A DNA stretch of 41,638 bases from an uncultured Verrucomicrobiota bacterium (GCA_964611245.1 CAZSXX010000002.1:1822-43459); one strand, 5' to 3'. Shown: positions 17,087-27,470, numbered from the stretch's first letter. Notes: generated by a model not told the origin, from the sequence alone. Numbers and translations are program-made.

Positions 17087-18451
17087 TCACTTCGCCGCCA
17101 CGGGGCGCGACTTGATGGGAAACGGGACGAAGCGGTTGGTTTCGGCGCCGTCGGGGATGTTGAGAATGCGGATCGAGCCGTCGAAACCACCGGCGGCCAG
17201 GACATTCTTGGACGGGTGCGGCGCGAGCGCGAAAATGGCGCCCGAAAAACCTTTCGCGGTCCCCGTGCGCTGGCCGTCAGCCGTTTTGTAAATGCGGATT
17301 TCATCACTGGCGCCGCCGACGGCCAGGTGGGCTCCGTCCGGGGAGTAGGCGATGGCGTGGACGGCGGCCGTCTGCCGCTCAAATTCGCGGACCAAGTTCA
17401 CGTCGTTGTTGGCGGCGGTGCGGCCCTGGTTTTCCTGCATGCGGTAGGTGCGCACCGCCCCGAGCTCCCCGCCGTAGGCGACGATGTCCTCATTGGGATG
17501 GCGGGAAATGCAGATCACGCTTTCCAGCAGCTTGTTGATGTCGTCGATGAATTGCGCATTGGCCGCGGTGACCAGTTTCATGGCGCGGTCGCGGCTGCCC
17601 GAGAGCACCCGCTTGCCGTCGACGCTGAAGGTGGTGCCAAAAACCCAGTCGCTGTGGTTGTCGAATTTGAAAAGCTCCTTGCCGTCGGCGACGTTGATCA
17701 GGCGCAGGGACTTGTCCGCGCCCCCGACGGCGATGCGGTCGCCGCCCGGTGAAAACGAAACACCGTAAATGGAGTCCGTCGAAAGTGGGACCGCGCGGAT
17801 CAGCGAGCGTTTCTCCACGTCCCAGATTTGCACTTCGCCAAACAGCGACGGGGCGCCGCCGCTGACGGCCAGCATCTTGCCGTCCCGGGAAAAGGCCACC
17901 GACTCAACCCGGGGCGAATCGCCAATGAGGCGCGCGACCACCGCGGACCCGTCGGATTTATGAAGCAGCGTTTCGTGGTATCCGGACACGGCCAGCAACT
18001 CGCCGTCCGGTGAGTACGCCAGCGCGGAGATGACCGCCGGCGCGGCGTAAACCGGGGGCCCCGCGATCTTGAACGGGTTTTTCTTGTCCTCCGGCGTGTC
18101 GTCGTTGGCGCCCTCCGTGATCCAGCGCTCAAACAGCGCGACCTCGGCGGCGGTCAGGGGATCGCCCTCCTTCGGCATGGATGGCTCTTTGCCGGAGATC
18201 TCCTCGATCACGCTGCTGGCCTTGGGGTCGCCCTCCTTGAAAGAGGGGCCATGCTTGCCCCCTTTCTTGAACGCGGTGTGGGTCGTGAGGTCGAGGTCGC
18301 CCTTCAGTTTTCCAGGATGATGGCAGCCGGTGCAGCTTCGCTTGAGGATCGGAACGAGCTCCTTGTAATAACTGACCGGCGGCGACGTCTCCGCGTGCAG
18401 GTTCGAAAGCGCGAGGGCGAGGGCGGTGGATTGGACGAAGGTTCGGAGCAT
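17087..18451 (-). CDS. Planctomycete-cytochrome-C (PSCyt1) domain / WD40 beta-propeller protein, secreted
   Basis: The protein has a signal peptide and the PSCyt1 signature YYKELVPILKRSCTGCHHPGKLKGDLDL, with CxxCH at nt 18320-18334. WD40-like repeats follow (SPDG..LAVSG, SRDGK.LAVSGG, DG.RVLSGS). Its ATG lies 3 nt after the upstream stop. Confidence 0.88.
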   Translation of the reverse strand: MLRTFVQSTALALALSNLHAETSPPVSYYKELVPILKRSCTGCHHPGKLKGDLDLTTHTAFKKGGKHGPSFKEGDPKASSVIEEISGKEPSMPKEGDPLTAAEVALFERWITEGANDDTPEDKKNPFKIAGPPVYAAPAVISALAYSPDGELLAVSGYHETLLHKSDGSAVVARLIGDSPRVESVAFSRDGKMLAVSGGAPSLFGEVQIWDVEKRSLIRAVPLSTDSIYGVSFSPGGDRIAVGGADKSLRLINVADGKELFKFDNHSDWVFGTTFSVDGKRVLSGSRDRAMKLVTAANAQFIDDINKLLESVICISRHPNEDIVAYGGELGAVRTYRMQENQGRTAANNDVNLVREFERQTAAVHAIAYSPDGAHLAVGGASDEIRIYKTADGQRTGTAKGFSGAIFALAPHPSKNVLAAGGFDGSIRILNIPDGAETNRFVPFPIKSRPVAAK

Positions 18452-18454
18452 GGG

Positions 18455-20860
18455 CTATTTGGATGCCCCGGCGGGGCTTTCGGTGGGTTTGGCGGCGGCG
18501 GTCTTCACTTCGGCCGGTTCCGGCGCGTTGACCAGGAGGGCGATGGTTTGGGGCTTGAAGCGGTAGGTCTTGTCATTGAAAACGCCCACCCCGGTGATGG
18601 TCAGTTGTGTTTCCTTCCCGACCGGCGCTTTTTCCGAGGCGACAAATTTGACGGTCGCCTCGCCGGCGCCCGCGGCAATTTTTTCGGCGGTGGCCGTGAT
18701 TCCCTCGGGCACCCCCTCAATCTGCAAGGTCACCTCGCCGCCAAAACCGGCGCGGCGCTCGGCCCGCACCAGGAAGAAGCCTTCGCCAGCCGAGGACTCA
18801 CCCCCTGGCGCAACGGCTGTCAGGGTCAGGCGCTTCAAGGTGGTCGAGAGGACGAAGGGGATCTGGCTGGTCGCCACCGGGAATGGCGTGCTGAACTGGG
18901 TGACGGCCTGGCCATCGACGGTGGCGTCGCCTCGGAGAACCATCATGCGGGCGCCGATTTCCGAGTCGAGCCGGGCCTTGACCGGAATGCTGGCGCGCGT
19001 TTCGTTCGGCTTGATGGCCACGGGTTGATAATCAAAACTTTTGGTGACCGGCTCGCGCCCGGCGGAGAAACCTTCCAGCGAGATTTTCACCTCGCCCTGG
19101 AAATTCTTCCCGCGCTCGAGCAGCGCTTCCAAATTGATCGTCTGGTCCTGCTCCACGGTGGCGAGGAGTTGGCCCGGGTAAATCATGAAGGGCGCCTCGG
19201 ACAGCACGGTGATGTGCGCCTTCGCCACGGGCCGGTCCAGCGCGAAGGGCTTCGCGGCGCGGGACGGGGTGCGGTTCGCCGAGGCCGAAGAGGCTTCGAT
19301 CCGAAATTCCGTCGGCCCGAGCGGCGCGCTCCCGGAGGCGGAAATGAACAGCAGCCCGGCTGCGGGGTCCTTGGCGGTGAGGATCAACGGCTCCGCGTGG
19401 AGCCCGGCGCCAAGGCCCACGGCGGAGATGCGGATCGGTTCCGAAAAATTGTTCAGCCTCGTGATTTCGCACCGGACGGGCGCGCGTCCGCCGCGCGCGA
19501 CGCGGGGAGTGTCGGTCACGAAGCGGACCTCGAAGTCACCCACCGGTTGGGTGCAACTGATGCGATAGGTGAACTCGGGGCCGCCTCGCTCGAGCAGGTC
19601 CTCGATGATCAGGACATAGTCGCCCGCCTCGGCGAACGTTTGGTCCAGCCGGGCGTCCGGGCCATTGGCGTCGTCGTTCCGCTGCAGGACATTGCCCCTC
19701 CCGTCGGTGAGCGTGAGCAGTGCGTCCAGAGGGGAGCCGAAGCGTTGGGCGGCCACTTCAAAAATGAAACGCTGGCCTTTCTCGGCGTGGAATCTGTAGG
19801 CGTCGTAATCCTTCGCGGCCTGGATGCGGCCATTGATCGCCGCGGGCAGGCTGACCGCGTTGGCGTGGGTGATGGAGGTGTTGGGCTCGGCGTCGAAACT
19901 TTGCGGCAGGTCGGTCACGACAAACGGGAACGGATTGGAAAGGCCGGCGGCGGAGGCCGCGCGAAGCTCCTGCTGGCCCGTCGGCGCGTCGGCGTCCAGC
20001 CGCAGGGTCATTCTCTCCGCGCCCTCCAGGTTGTGGCCGCGCAGCTCGACCTCGACCGTTTCGCCGCGCCGCCCGCCGTGGGGAAACGCGGCCCGCACGA
20101 AGGGCATTGCGCCCGCCAGCAGCCGGTACTTGAAATTGTCACCGCCCTGCATCCGGTAATCGCGAACCTGCGCGAAGAACTCGCCATCCGCCGGAACCAC
20201 AAACTCCAGGACGGAATCGTTGCCGATCGCGTCCTCATTCCGGGCCAGTTCGCGCCCGGCCGCGTCCAGGATGGCCAGGGAGGAATCCAGCGCGGACCCG
20301 AGCCGCTGGGCGACCACCTCGAAAACGATGCGCTGGCCCGCCTTGGCGCCGAACTTGTAGAAATCGCTCTCGGCGGCGCCGTTGATTTTCGCGGTGATGG
20401 CGACGGGCAGGGAAACAGCCTGGGCGGCGTCCCGTGAGGTGGCCGCGGCCGCTCCGTTGGCCTCCGGCAGGTGCGAGACGATGAAGTTCACCGGGTTGGA
20501 AACGCCGCCGGCGGTGGCGACGCGCACTTCGCGGTTGCCAAGGGCGGCGTTCGCCGCGATCGCCAGGGTGGCGGTGATTTTGCCGGGATCCGGTTTTGCG
20601 ACCGTGCTGACGCCGCCGAGGCTCGATTCGACGGCCATCGTGGGCTGGGCCGGTGGAACCAGCGTCAGCGTCAATCCCGCGTCGTCACTGAGCAAAAACT
20701 TCGCGTCCGGGGAAATGTTCTCCGCTTCAATTGTGACCTGCGCGGTCGCGCCGCGCTGGAGGTATTCGTGCGAAATCGTTTTCAGTTTTGGGACCGGCTG
20801 CGCGGAGGCCACCGCCCCCGTCAACGCCAACGCCATCCCGCCAGACAATATTTTCATCAT
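18455..20860 (-). CDS. Secreted multidomain protein with an IPT/Ig-like N-domain, two pre-peptidase C-terminal (PPC)-like domains and Ig-like repeats
   Basis: The real start is taken at ATG 20860 ([21 protein letters not shown] signal peptide). The 131 upstream codons of the track ORF are R/P-rich and overlap the DUF1501 gene. Two PPC-like units are visible (..[37 protein letters not shown].. and ..[37 protein letters not shown]..). The start forms an ATGA overlap with the DUF1501 stop. Confidence 0.8.
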   Translation of the reverse strand: MMKILSGGMALALTGAVASAQPVPKLKTISHEYLQRGATAQVTIEAENISPDAKFLLSDDAGLTLTLVPPAQPTMAVESSLGGVSTVAKPDPGKITATLAIAANAALGNREVRVATAGGVSNPVNFIVSHLPEANGAAAATSRDAAQAVSLPVAITAKINGAAESDFYKFGAKAGQRIVFEVVAQRLGSALDSSLAILDAAGRELARNEDAIGNDSVLEFVVPADGEFFAQVRDYRMQGGDNFKYRLLAGAMPFVRAAFPHGGRRGETVEVELRGHNLEGAERMTLRLDADAPTGQQELRAASAAGLSNPFPFVVTDLPQSFDAEPNTSITHANAVSLPAAINGRIQAAKDYDAYRFHAEKGQRFIFEVAAQRFGSPLDALLTLTDGRGNVLQRNDDANGPDARLDQTFAEAGDYVLIIEDLLERGGPEFTYRISCTQPVGDFEVRFVTDTPRVARGGRAPVRCEITRLNNFSEPIRISAVGLGAGLHAEPLILTAKDPAAGLLFISASGSAPLGPTEFRIEASSASANRTPSRAAKPFALDRPVAKAHITVLSEAPFMIYPGQLLATVEQDQTINLEALLERGKNFQGEVKISLEGFSAGREPVTKSFDYQPVAIKPNETRASIPVKARLDSEIGARMMVLRGDATVDGQAVTQFSTPFPVATSQIPFVLSTTLKRLTLTAVAPGGESSAGEGFFLVRAERRAGFGGEVTLQIEGVPEGITATAEKIAAGAGEATVKFVASEKAPVGKETQLTITGVGVFNDKTYRFKPQTIALLVNAPEPAEVKTAAAKPTESPAGASK

Positions 20861-22302
20861 CCAAAGAGGGCAGGGATCGGTTCGGACTGCACCAACTCGC
20901 GCGGTTGGTTGAGGTGGTTCATCACGATGGTGTGGGGGTTGATCCCGAGGGCGTGGTAGATCGTGGCGAGCAGTTGCGTGGGATGCACCGGCGTCTCGAT
21001 CGGCGAGGAGCCCGTGGAGTCGGACTTGCCGTAAACGGAGCCGCGCTTGATGCCCGCGCCCGCGACCAGCCCGGTGTAGCAATAAGGCCAGTGGTCCCGC
21101 CCATCCGGCGAGTTGCTGTTCCCCGAGGTGCTGACGCCCAGGCGGGGCGACCGGCCGAACTCGCCCACCGCCACCACCAAAGTTTCCTTGAGCAGGCCGC
21201 GCTGCTCCATGTCCTCCAACAGCGCGGAAAGGCCGCTGTCGAGCTTGGGGCAATGCAGGTTGCGCAGTGGCCCGAAATTGGCGGCGTGCGTGTCCCAGGC
21301 GTCCGTGTTCGGGTCGCCATTGGCGACGGAGGGCCAGTTCATCTGCACAAAACGGGTGCCCGCCTCGATCAGGCGGCGGGACATCAGCAGGCCCTGCCCA
21401 AAAGTGTGCCGGCCATAACGGTCGCGGACCTTCTCCGGCTCCTTCGTCAGGTCGAACGCCTCGCGCGCGCGGCCGGACAGGATGAGGTCGAACGCCTTCT
21501 GGTAATAGGAATCGAGGGCGTAGTTCGTGACCGATTTCTCGATCTCCGGCATGGCGCCGTTGACTTGGTCGAGCAGCTTGGCCCGGCGCGAAAAACGCTC
21601 CTTCGAGACATCCTTCCGCAAGGCGAGGTCGCTCAGGTTGATCTCCTTCGCTGGGTCCTGGTAAAAATAATAGGGGTCAAACGCGGGCCCGAGGAATCCG
21701 GCGGTGCCGCCTTTGCCGATCACGTTGCTCTCCTGCAGGGGCCGGGGAAGCATGACGAACGGCAGCATCGGGGTGTCGATGGGCTTGAGCTTCGAAATCT
21801 GGCTGCCGGCGTGCGGGAAATCGCTCGCGGTCGGCGGCTCCAACTGGCCCGAGGGCGAGACGCGGTCCGGCGTGTAGCCGGTCATCATTTGGTAAATCGC
21901 GGCCGTGTGGTTGAACAGGCCGGCCGGCGTGTAGCTCAGGGAACGGATGAGCGTCGCCTTGTCCATTTGCTTGGCCAGGAGCGGCATCACCTCGCTCAGC
22001 CAAAGGCCTGGCACGTTGGATTTGATCGGCTTGAACTCGCCGCGGACATTGGAGGGCGCGTCGGGCTTCGGGTCCCAAATGTCGATGTGGCTCGGGCCCC
22101 CTTGCAGGAAAATCATGATCACCGACTTGGCCTGGCCCCATCCGCTTTTGTTGACGGGGGCGTCGGCGGGGGTGGTCGAGGCCTGCAGGCGCAGGATGTC
22201 CCCCAAGCTCAGCCCGAGCATGCCCGCGCCGCCGACGCGCAAAAATTCGCGGCGGCTGAAGCCGTCGCATGTGCTGCCGGATATTCCAGGAATGCTTAAC
22301 AT
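20857..22302 (-). CDS. DUF1501 domain protein (sulfatase/alkaline-phosphatase superfamily) with a Tat signal
   Basis: A twin-arginine motif ([18 protein letters not shown]) is followed by [17 protein letters not shown] and [12 protein letters not shown], both typical of DUF1501. The start is at ATG 22302, preceded by GGAG (22308-22311), which overlaps the upstream TAG stop (gaTAGGAGtaaatATG). Confidence 0.9.
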   Translation of the reverse strand: MLSIPGISGSTCDGFSRREFLRVGGAGMLGLSLGDILRLQASTTPADAPVNKSGWGQAKSVIMIFLQGGPSHIDIWDPKPDAPSNVRGEFKPIKSNVPGLWLSEVMPLLAKQMDKATLIRSLSYTPAGLFNHTAAIYQMMTGYTPDRVSPSGQLEPPTASDFPHAGSQISKLKPIDTPMLPFVMLPRPLQESNVIGKGGTAGFLGPAFDPYYFYQDPAKEINLSDLALRKDVSKERFSRRAKLLDQVNGAMPEIEKSVTNYALDSYYQKAFDLILSGRAREAFDLTKEPEKVRDRYGRHTFGQGLLMSRRLIEAGTRFVQMNWPSVANGDPNTDAWDTHAANFGPLRNLHCPKLDSGLSALLEDMEQRGLLKETLVVAVGEFGRSPRLGVSTSGNSNSPDGRDHWPYCYTGLVAGAGIKRGSVYGKSDSTGSSPIETPVHPTQLLATIYHALGINPHTIVMNHLNQPRELVQSEPIPALFG

Positions 22303-22310
22303 ATTTACTC

Positions 22311-24833
22311 CTATCGGTTGAACAAAAAGGCCGGGCTGTTCAACAGGGCCCACGCCAAATCCTGCGCCGCCTCCAGGCGGCTTCCCCCTCCCGCCTTCAA
22401 ATCAGCCAGCGCCAACTCCTTGGCGGACGGCGGCCGGTTCAAAATCGTCATGTACAATTCCTCGATCACCTTTTGGTCGCTGGATTCGCGGCTGACCAGC
22501 TTTGCGATCGCGTTGTCCGGCGCGTTCACCGCCTCCCCAATGGTCGAGCCATTGATGAGGTTCATCGCGTGCGACAGAGTCAGGCTGCTCGAGCGTTCGC
22601 ATTCGCAGGCGGATTGCCGTTTCGGACGGCCGAACAGCGTCAGGAAATCGTCCCCCGCCACCTTGCCGTCCGGCGCGAGGGCGGCGCGCATGCCGGCGGG
22701 CATCGTCCCCACCTTCCCATGGTGCCCGGTCACCAGCGCCACCGCGTCGAGCATCTGCTCCGCGCTCAGGCGGCGCGGCTGCGCGGACGCGAAATTGATG
22801 GTGTCATCCTCGTTCCACTTGTTCTTCGTGAACGAATTTTGGTAGGTGCGCGAGGTGCAGATGGTCCGGATCAGCTTTCGGGTGTCGAAGCCGCTTTTCA
22901 CGAAGTCCTCGGTCAGCGCCTCCAGCAGCGGCGCGTTGCTCGGCGGGTTGCTGGCGCGGATGTCGTCCACCGGGTCGATGATGCCGCGCCCAAAGAAATA
23001 GCTCCAAGTGCGGTTGGCCATCGACTTGGCGAACATCGGGTTCTCCTTGCCGGTCAGCCAATCGACAAACGCCCGCCGCCGGTCGTCCTCCTCCGCGGGC
23101 TTGGCGGCCCCAAACGGCGCTTTCGGGCTCACCACCTTGTCCGTTTTCGGGTGCCGCACCTCCGCGCCATCCCGGGCCCGGTAAACAATTTCCTCCGCCA
23201 TGATCCGCTGCGTGCTGCCCGCCTCGTCCTTGACGATCTTGTTGTCGTTGAAGCCGCGCTTGATCGCCAATTTCGCGAAGTAGGCGCTGAACTCGTAATA
23301 CTGGTTCTGCGTCCAACGCTCAAACGGATGGTCGTGGCATTTGTTGCAGTTGAAGCGCGTCCCCAGGAAGGTCTGGCTCACGTCCTCCGCGATCTTGCCC
23401 GGCTCGCGCAGGACCCGGTAATAGTTCGCCGCCGGATTCTGGTAGGCGTTCCCCTCCGCCAGCAGCAATTGCCGCACAAACTGGTCATAGGGGCGGTTCT
23501 CCCGCACCGCCTTCTGAATCCAATCCCGGTACTGCCAGACGGCTTTCTGCCCAATGTGCTCGCTGCTGCACTGCAGCAGGTCCGCCCACTTGTTCGCCCA
23601 ATACTCGGCGTAATCCGCTGAGGCGAGCAATTCGTCCACCAGCTTCTCCCGCTTCTCCCGTGCCGGGGCCGGGTCCGCCAGGAAGGCGCGCACCCGCTCC
23701 GCCTTCGGGGGGAGGCCGGTGATGTCCAGGCTCGCGCGGCGGATGAACTCCGTGTCCGTGCACATTTCGGACGGCAGGGCCTTGACCTTCCTCAGCTTCG
23801 CGTGGACATGGCGGTCAATGTAATTGTACTCGGCGGTGTCCACCCATTGGTAACCGGTCCGGTCCCCCATCACCGCCACTTCGCGGGTCGCATAATTGCC
23901 CTCGTAACGGATCAGGATCGCGGCCTCGCCCCGGCGGATGCTGTGGACCACGGCGCCCTTCACCTCCGCCACGTCGCCGTTGTTGCTGGAGAAAACCGCG
24001 TCGCGCGTGACATCCCGCACCTTGCCGTCCGGGTAATGGGCCAAGGCGACCAACTGCTGCGACATCCCCGGCAGGGAAAAGCTGATCTCCGCCGGCAGGA
24101 TTTCCAACGCCGTCGCCCGCCCCGCCGCCACCGCCTCCGGCTTCGCGCCCTGCTGGATCCAATCCCGCATGAGCTTGTATTCCCGGGAGCCCACCTTGAA
24201 AACTTGCCGCCCTTCATGGGGGACCTCGGCGGTGGGCTTCAGGAGCATCAAGCTCTCCTCCACCACCACGCGGTTGAAGCGGCGCCCCGAGATGTCATTG
24301 ATCAGCGCCTGGTAATCGAATTCAGGGTCATACCCGCGCAACGACAGCTTGAAGCCGTTTTTGCCCTGGGCGGAGCCGTGGCAGGAGCCCGCGTTGCAGC
24401 CCACTTTGCTCATCATCGGGCTGACGTCCCGCACAAACCGCACCGGCGGCAGGCCCGCGTCCGCCACTTTCACCTTCAACGCCCCGCTGGCCCCGGCGGC
24501 GCTGACCCGGACCTCGCCTTCGCCCGCGGCGACGGCGTGGACAAATCCGTCAGAGGTGATTTCGAACGCGGGGGAATCCTCCGCGAACTTCGCCTCCGCC
24601 GTCAGGTCAAAACGTTCGCCCGAGGCGGTGACGCCCCAAACAATGAAGCGCCGGTCGTCCCGGGCATCCTCGAGATTCAGGGCGGATGGCTCAAAGGCCA
24701 GCGAAACCGCCTGCGGGAGAGGGGCTTTGGCTGGTTGGGACGCAGCCTGTTCGGCGCGCGACGACAATTCCGCCGCGAGAAAAAGAACGAAAACAAGCAA
24801 GGGCTTCAAGAGTTCAGCCATAAAGTCGCGCAT
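22311..24833 (-). CDS. DUF1549 (PSCyt2) / DUF1553 (PSD1) protein with an N-terminal Big_2-like Ig domain
   Basis: Supporting motifs are [34 protein letters not shown] (DUF1549), [25 protein letters not shown] and C-terminal [18 protein letters not shown] (DUF1553). The start is taken at ATG 24833 ([21 protein letters not shown]), with GGGAGG 8 nt upstream. The track start at 24878 is a TTG inside a hairpin loop. Confidence 0.9.
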   Translation of the reverse strand: MRDFMAELLKPLLVFVLFLAAELSSRAEQAASQPAKAPLPQAVSLAFEPSALNLEDARDDRRFIVWGVTASGERFDLTAEAKFAEDSPAFEITSDGFVHAVAAGEGEVRVSAAGASGALKVKVADAGLPPVRFVRDVSPMMSKVGCNAGSCHGSAQGKNGFKLSLRGYDPEFDYQALINDISGRRFNRVVVEESLMLLKPTAEVPHEGRQVFKVGSREYKLMRDWIQQGAKPEAVAAGRATALEILPAEISFSLPGMSQQLVALAHYPDGKVRDVTRDAVFSSNNGDVAEVKGAVVHSIRRGEAAILIRYEGNYATREVAVMGDRTGYQWVDTAEYNYIDRHVHAKLRKVKALPSEMCTDTEFIRRASLDITGLPPKAERVRAFLADPAPAREKREKLVDELLASADYAEYWANKWADLLQCSSEHIGQKAVWQYRDWIQKAVRENRPYDQFVRQLLLAEGNAYQNPAANYYRVLREPGKIAEDVSQTFLGTRFNCNKCHDHPFERWTQNQYYEFSAYFAKLAIKRGFNDNKIVKDEAGSTQRIMAEEIVYRARDGAEVRHPKTDKVVSPKAPFGAAKPAEEDDRRRAFVDWLTGKENPMFAKSMANRTWSYFFGRGIIDPVDDIRASNPPSNAPLLEALTEDFVKSGFDTRKLIRTICTSRTYQNSFTKNKWNEDDTINFASAQPRRLSAEQMLDAVALVTGHHGKVGTMPAGMRAALAPDGKVAGDDFLTLFGRPKRQSACECERSSSLTLSHAMNLINGSTIGEAVNAPDNAIAKLVSRESSDQKVIEELYMTILNRPPSAKELALADLKAGGGSRLEAAQDLAWALLNSPAFLFNR

Positions 24834-24866
24834 TCCGGGTACCTCCCGACAATAAGCGAACCGCGG

Positions 24867-24892
24867 CGGGCAAATCAACCCGTATTTGCCCG
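24867..24892. promoter_or_regulatory. 9-bp perfect inverted repeat in the divergent DUF1549-gene / efp intergenic region
   Basis: cGGGCAAAT (24867-24875) and ATTTGCCCg (24884-24892) are separated by an 8-nt spacer. The repeat lies 34 nt upstream of the DUF1549-gene ATG (minus strand) and about 20 nt upstream of the candidate efp -35 box. Confidence 0.3.
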
Positions 24893-24912
24893 AAATAATT
24901 CAAGATCAGGGC

Positions 24913-24940
24913 TTGCAAGGAGCCGCGGGTCGGGTATTTT
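24913..24940 (+). promoter_or_regulatory. Candidate sigma70-type promoter for efp
   Basis: TTGCAA (24913-24918) is followed by a 16-nt spacer and TATTTT (24935-24940), 41 nt upstream of the efp ATG. This rests on pattern match only, and promoter consensus in this phylum is poorly defined. Confidence 0.3.
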
Positions 24941-24981
24941 CCCCACTCCGTTTTCGGCCCTGCCGAACAAAAACAATTTAT

Positions 24982-25539
24982 ATGGCGACAGCTAACGATA
25001 TTCGAAAAGGGATGGCCATCATTTACAATGGCGACGTCGCGGTGGTCCTCGACACCCAGCACCGCACCCCCGGCAACCTTCGCGCGTTCGTGCAGGCCAC
25101 CATCCGCTCCATCAAGACCGGCAAGTCCTCCGATGTCCGCTTCAGCTCCACCGAAAAGGTCGAGGTCATCCCCATGATGACGCGCAAGATGGAATACAGC
25201 TACAAGGACGGCGCGGATTATGTTTTCTCCGATCCCGAGACCTATGAAACGGTCACGCTCCCGCCGGAGTTGGTCGGAGACTCCATCAATTACCTCGTCG
25301 AGAACGGTGTGGTCACGATGACCTTTGTCGAAGAAAAAGCCGTCACCCTCGAACTTCCCTCCAGCGTGGTCCTGAAAGTCACGGACGCCCCCGAGGGCAT
25401 CCGCGGCGACTCCGCGAACAACGTCCAGAAAACGGTCACGATCGAAACCGGCATCACGGTGCAAGTCCCCCTCTTCATCAAGACCGGCGAAAAGATCAAG
25501 ATCGACACCCGCACGGGCAAATACATGGAACGGGCCTGA
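24982..25539 (+). CDS. efp: Translation elongation factor P
   Basis: The 185-aa protein starts MATANDIRKGMAIIYNGDVAVVLDTQH and ends IKIDTRTGKYMERA. It aligns over its full length by eye to B. subtilis and E. coli EF-P/EfpL. Start is ATG 24982. Confidence 0.93.
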   Translation: MATANDIRKGMAIIYNGDVAVVLDTQHRTPGNLRAFVQATIRSIKTGKSSDVRFSSTEKVEVIPMMTRKMEYSYKDGADYVFSDPETYETVTLPPELVGDSINYLVENGVVTMTFVEEKAVTLELPSSVVLKVTDAPEGIRGDSANNVQKTVTIETGITVQVPLFIKTGEKIKIDTRTGKYMERA

Positions 25540-25542
25540 CGG

Positions 25543-27411
25543 CTACCGTGGCGCTGGGCGGATGGGCAGTTCCACGTGCGACGAATGCACGGAACCCCGG
25601 TGGATTCGGTGCGTCGCGGCCTGAAAATCACTGTCCTTCGCCTGGAAGATGTTCGGCACATATTTCTGGGGATTCCGGTCGATCACGGGAAACCAGGTGC
25701 TCTGCACTTGGACCATGATTTTATGGCCGGGCCGGAATCGGTGGTTGGCTTGGTGCAGGCTGAATGAGTAGCGGGTAACTTTCCCCGGTTCGACCGCCTT
25801 CGGCTTCTCAAAACTCTCGCGGAACCGCCCCCGGAACACTTCGTTGGCGATCATCAGTTGGTATCCGCCCAGCTTTGGGTCATCAGGATACTCTTCGGGA
25901 TAAACATCGATCAGCTTGACGATCCAGTCCGCATCGGAGCCCGTGGTGGCGGCGAACAAGTTGGCCGTGATCTCGCCGGTGACCACAACGGCGTTGGTGA
26001 GGACCTCGGTCTCGAACGACAGGACATCCGGGCGGTTGTGGACAAACCGCTGGTCCTCCAGCAACCAGGTGGACCAGCGGGAGTTGGCGCTGTAGGTCAC
26101 TTCAATCGGGCGGGAGCGGTAAGGCACCGGGCGGGCCGGATCGGAGACAAAACTGTCGAACGGCGCCTTTGTTTGGGGCGGCGGCGGCTCAAAGCTCAGC
26201 CCGCCATTCTCCCGGAAAAAAAGCCGCTGCCGCCGCACATCCGCAGGGGGCCAGTCGCTGTGCGTCTCCCATTGGTTGGAGCCGGTTTGAAACGTCGTCG
26301 CCTCCGGAATTTCCCGCGGCTTGTCCTTCAGGAACCGCGCGAAAAAAGCCGCCTTGATCTCGCCCCGGTAATGCGGGCCGGTGTCCGCCCCAAAGTCGAT
26401 GTTCCCCAATTTGCGGGCCGGGCCCCGGTTCCATCCGCCGTGGTTCCACGGGCCGCAGACGAAGAAATTCTGCCGATGGCGGTCATGCTTTTCGAGCGCC
26501 GCGTAGATGGCCAGAGGTCCGTAGAAATCCTCCTGATCCCACCAGCCAGCCACATGCATCATGGGCACGTTGACGCTGGTGAGATACGGCGGCACCGCCT
26601 GCCGCCGCCAAAATTCGTCGTAATTGGGGTGCGTCGCGTAATCGATCCAGGTGGGCAGGGAGCCCGCCGGCGTTTTGCGCACGTTCGAGAGGGCCCCCAA
26701 TTTCAAATACCATTCGTAGGTGTCGTAGCGGTCCAGTTTCACGCTCACGTTGGTCTTCGCGGATTCAAGCAGGATGGCGTACTCGTGGGCGTAGCTGAGC
26801 CGGAACGCGCCGTTGTGGTGGAAATCGTCGCCCAAAAACATGTCGGCTGGCGAGGCTTCCTCGACCGCCGCCCTCAACGCGGGATGGGGATTGAGGGAGC
26901 CCATGACGGTGGTCCAACCGAGGTACGAAGTCCCATGCAGCCCGACCCGGCCGTTGTTCCCGGGGACATTCTTGACGAGCCATTCGATGCTGTCATGCGT
27001 GTCGGTCCCTTCGTCAATGCCGCTGTCGCCGGGGGCGAGCGGGGGCCGCATCATGACGAACTGCCCCTCCGACTTGAATTTCCCGCGGATGTCCTGCCGC
27101 GCAAAAACAAAGCCCTCCGCCACCAGTTCCTTGAGGTGGTTGGTCAGTTGCGCCGCGAAATTCGTGGAGCTGACCGCGGCGTTGTAGGGCGTCCGCGTGA
27201 AGAGGATGGGCAACGGCTCGGACACCCCCAGTGGCCGGAGAATTTCCGTGTGCAACCGCGCCCCGTCCCGGGCCGGGATCATCGCCTCGATTTTTTCCCA
27301 GCCGAGGGCGCGGAAGCCCGCCTGTTCTTCAGCCGAAATCTCACCGCTCGACGGCTGCGGGAGGAATGCCAGAAAGGCGGCCAGGATGGATCTGCGCGGC
27401 AACGCGAACAT
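25543..27411 (-). CDS. CocE/NonD family hydrolase (X-Pro dipeptidyl-peptidase S15 family), secreted
   Basis: Supporting features are the nucleophile elbow motif GTSYLGWT, an HVAGWWDQEDF segment and a C-terminal PepX_C-like beta domain. The start is taken at ATG 27411 (MFALPRRSILAAFLAFL signal peptide). Starts further upstream would overlap the permease gene. Confidence 0.88.
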   Translation of the reverse strand: MFALPRRSILAAFLAFLPQPSSGEISAEEQAGFRALGWEKIEAMIPARDGARLHTEILRPLGVSEPLPILFTRTPYNAAVSSTNFAAQLTNHLKELVAEGFVFARQDIRGKFKSEGQFVMMRPPLAPGDSGIDEGTDTHDSIEWLVKNVPGNNGRVGLHGTSYLGWTTVMGSLNPHPALRAAVEEASPADMFLGDDFHHNGAFRLSYAHEYAILLESAKTNVSVKLDRYDTYEWYLKLGALSNVRKTPAGSLPTWIDYATHPNYDEFWRRQAVPPYLTSVNVPMMHVAGWWDQEDFYGPLAIYAALEKHDRHRQNFFVCGPWNHGGWNRGPARKLGNIDFGADTGPHYRGEIKAAFFARFLKDKPREIPEATTFQTGSNQWETHSDWPPADVRRQRLFFRENGGLSFEPPPPQTKAPFDSFVSDPARPVPYRSRPIEVTYSANSRWSTWLLEDQRFVHNRPDVLSFETEVLTNAVVVTGEITANLFAATTGSDADWIVKLIDVYPEEYPDDPKLGGYQLMIANEVFRGRFRESFEKPKAVEPGKVTRYSFSLHQANHRFRPGHKIMVQVQSTWFPVIDRNPQKYVPNIFQAKDSDFQAATHRIHRGSVHSSHVELPIRPAPR

Positions 27412-27453
27412 GCTGGTGGATATCGCATGGACCGCCCCCATTTGGACAGCAGG

Positions 27454-27470
27454 AAAAGCCGGCCGCCGGC
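27454..27470 (-). terminator. Small hairpin plus U4, 3 nt after the ABC-2 permease stop; weak terminator or attenuator before the hydrolase gene
   Basis: The minus-strand RNA reads GCCGG-CGG-CCGGC-UUUU. It has a 5-bp GC stem and only a 3-nt loop, so it is marginal. Confidence 0.25.

Noticed and set aside
20861-21253. 131-codon N-terminal extension of the 18455..21253 ORF (932 aa in the track)
   Set aside because: The extension is R/P/G-rich, overlaps the 3' end of the DUF1501 gene and precedes an obvious signal peptide ([20 protein letters not shown]). That signal peptide starts at an ATG forming an ATGA overlap with the DUF1501 stop.
24257-24266. Possible att-site duplicate of the tmRNA 3' end (CCTCCACCAC) that would delimit an ssrA-integrated island
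   Set aside because: Only 10 nt match, and the site lies inside the conserved DUF1549/DUF1553 coding sequence. No integrase, excisionase or other mobile-element gene is present in the window, so the match is consistent with chance.
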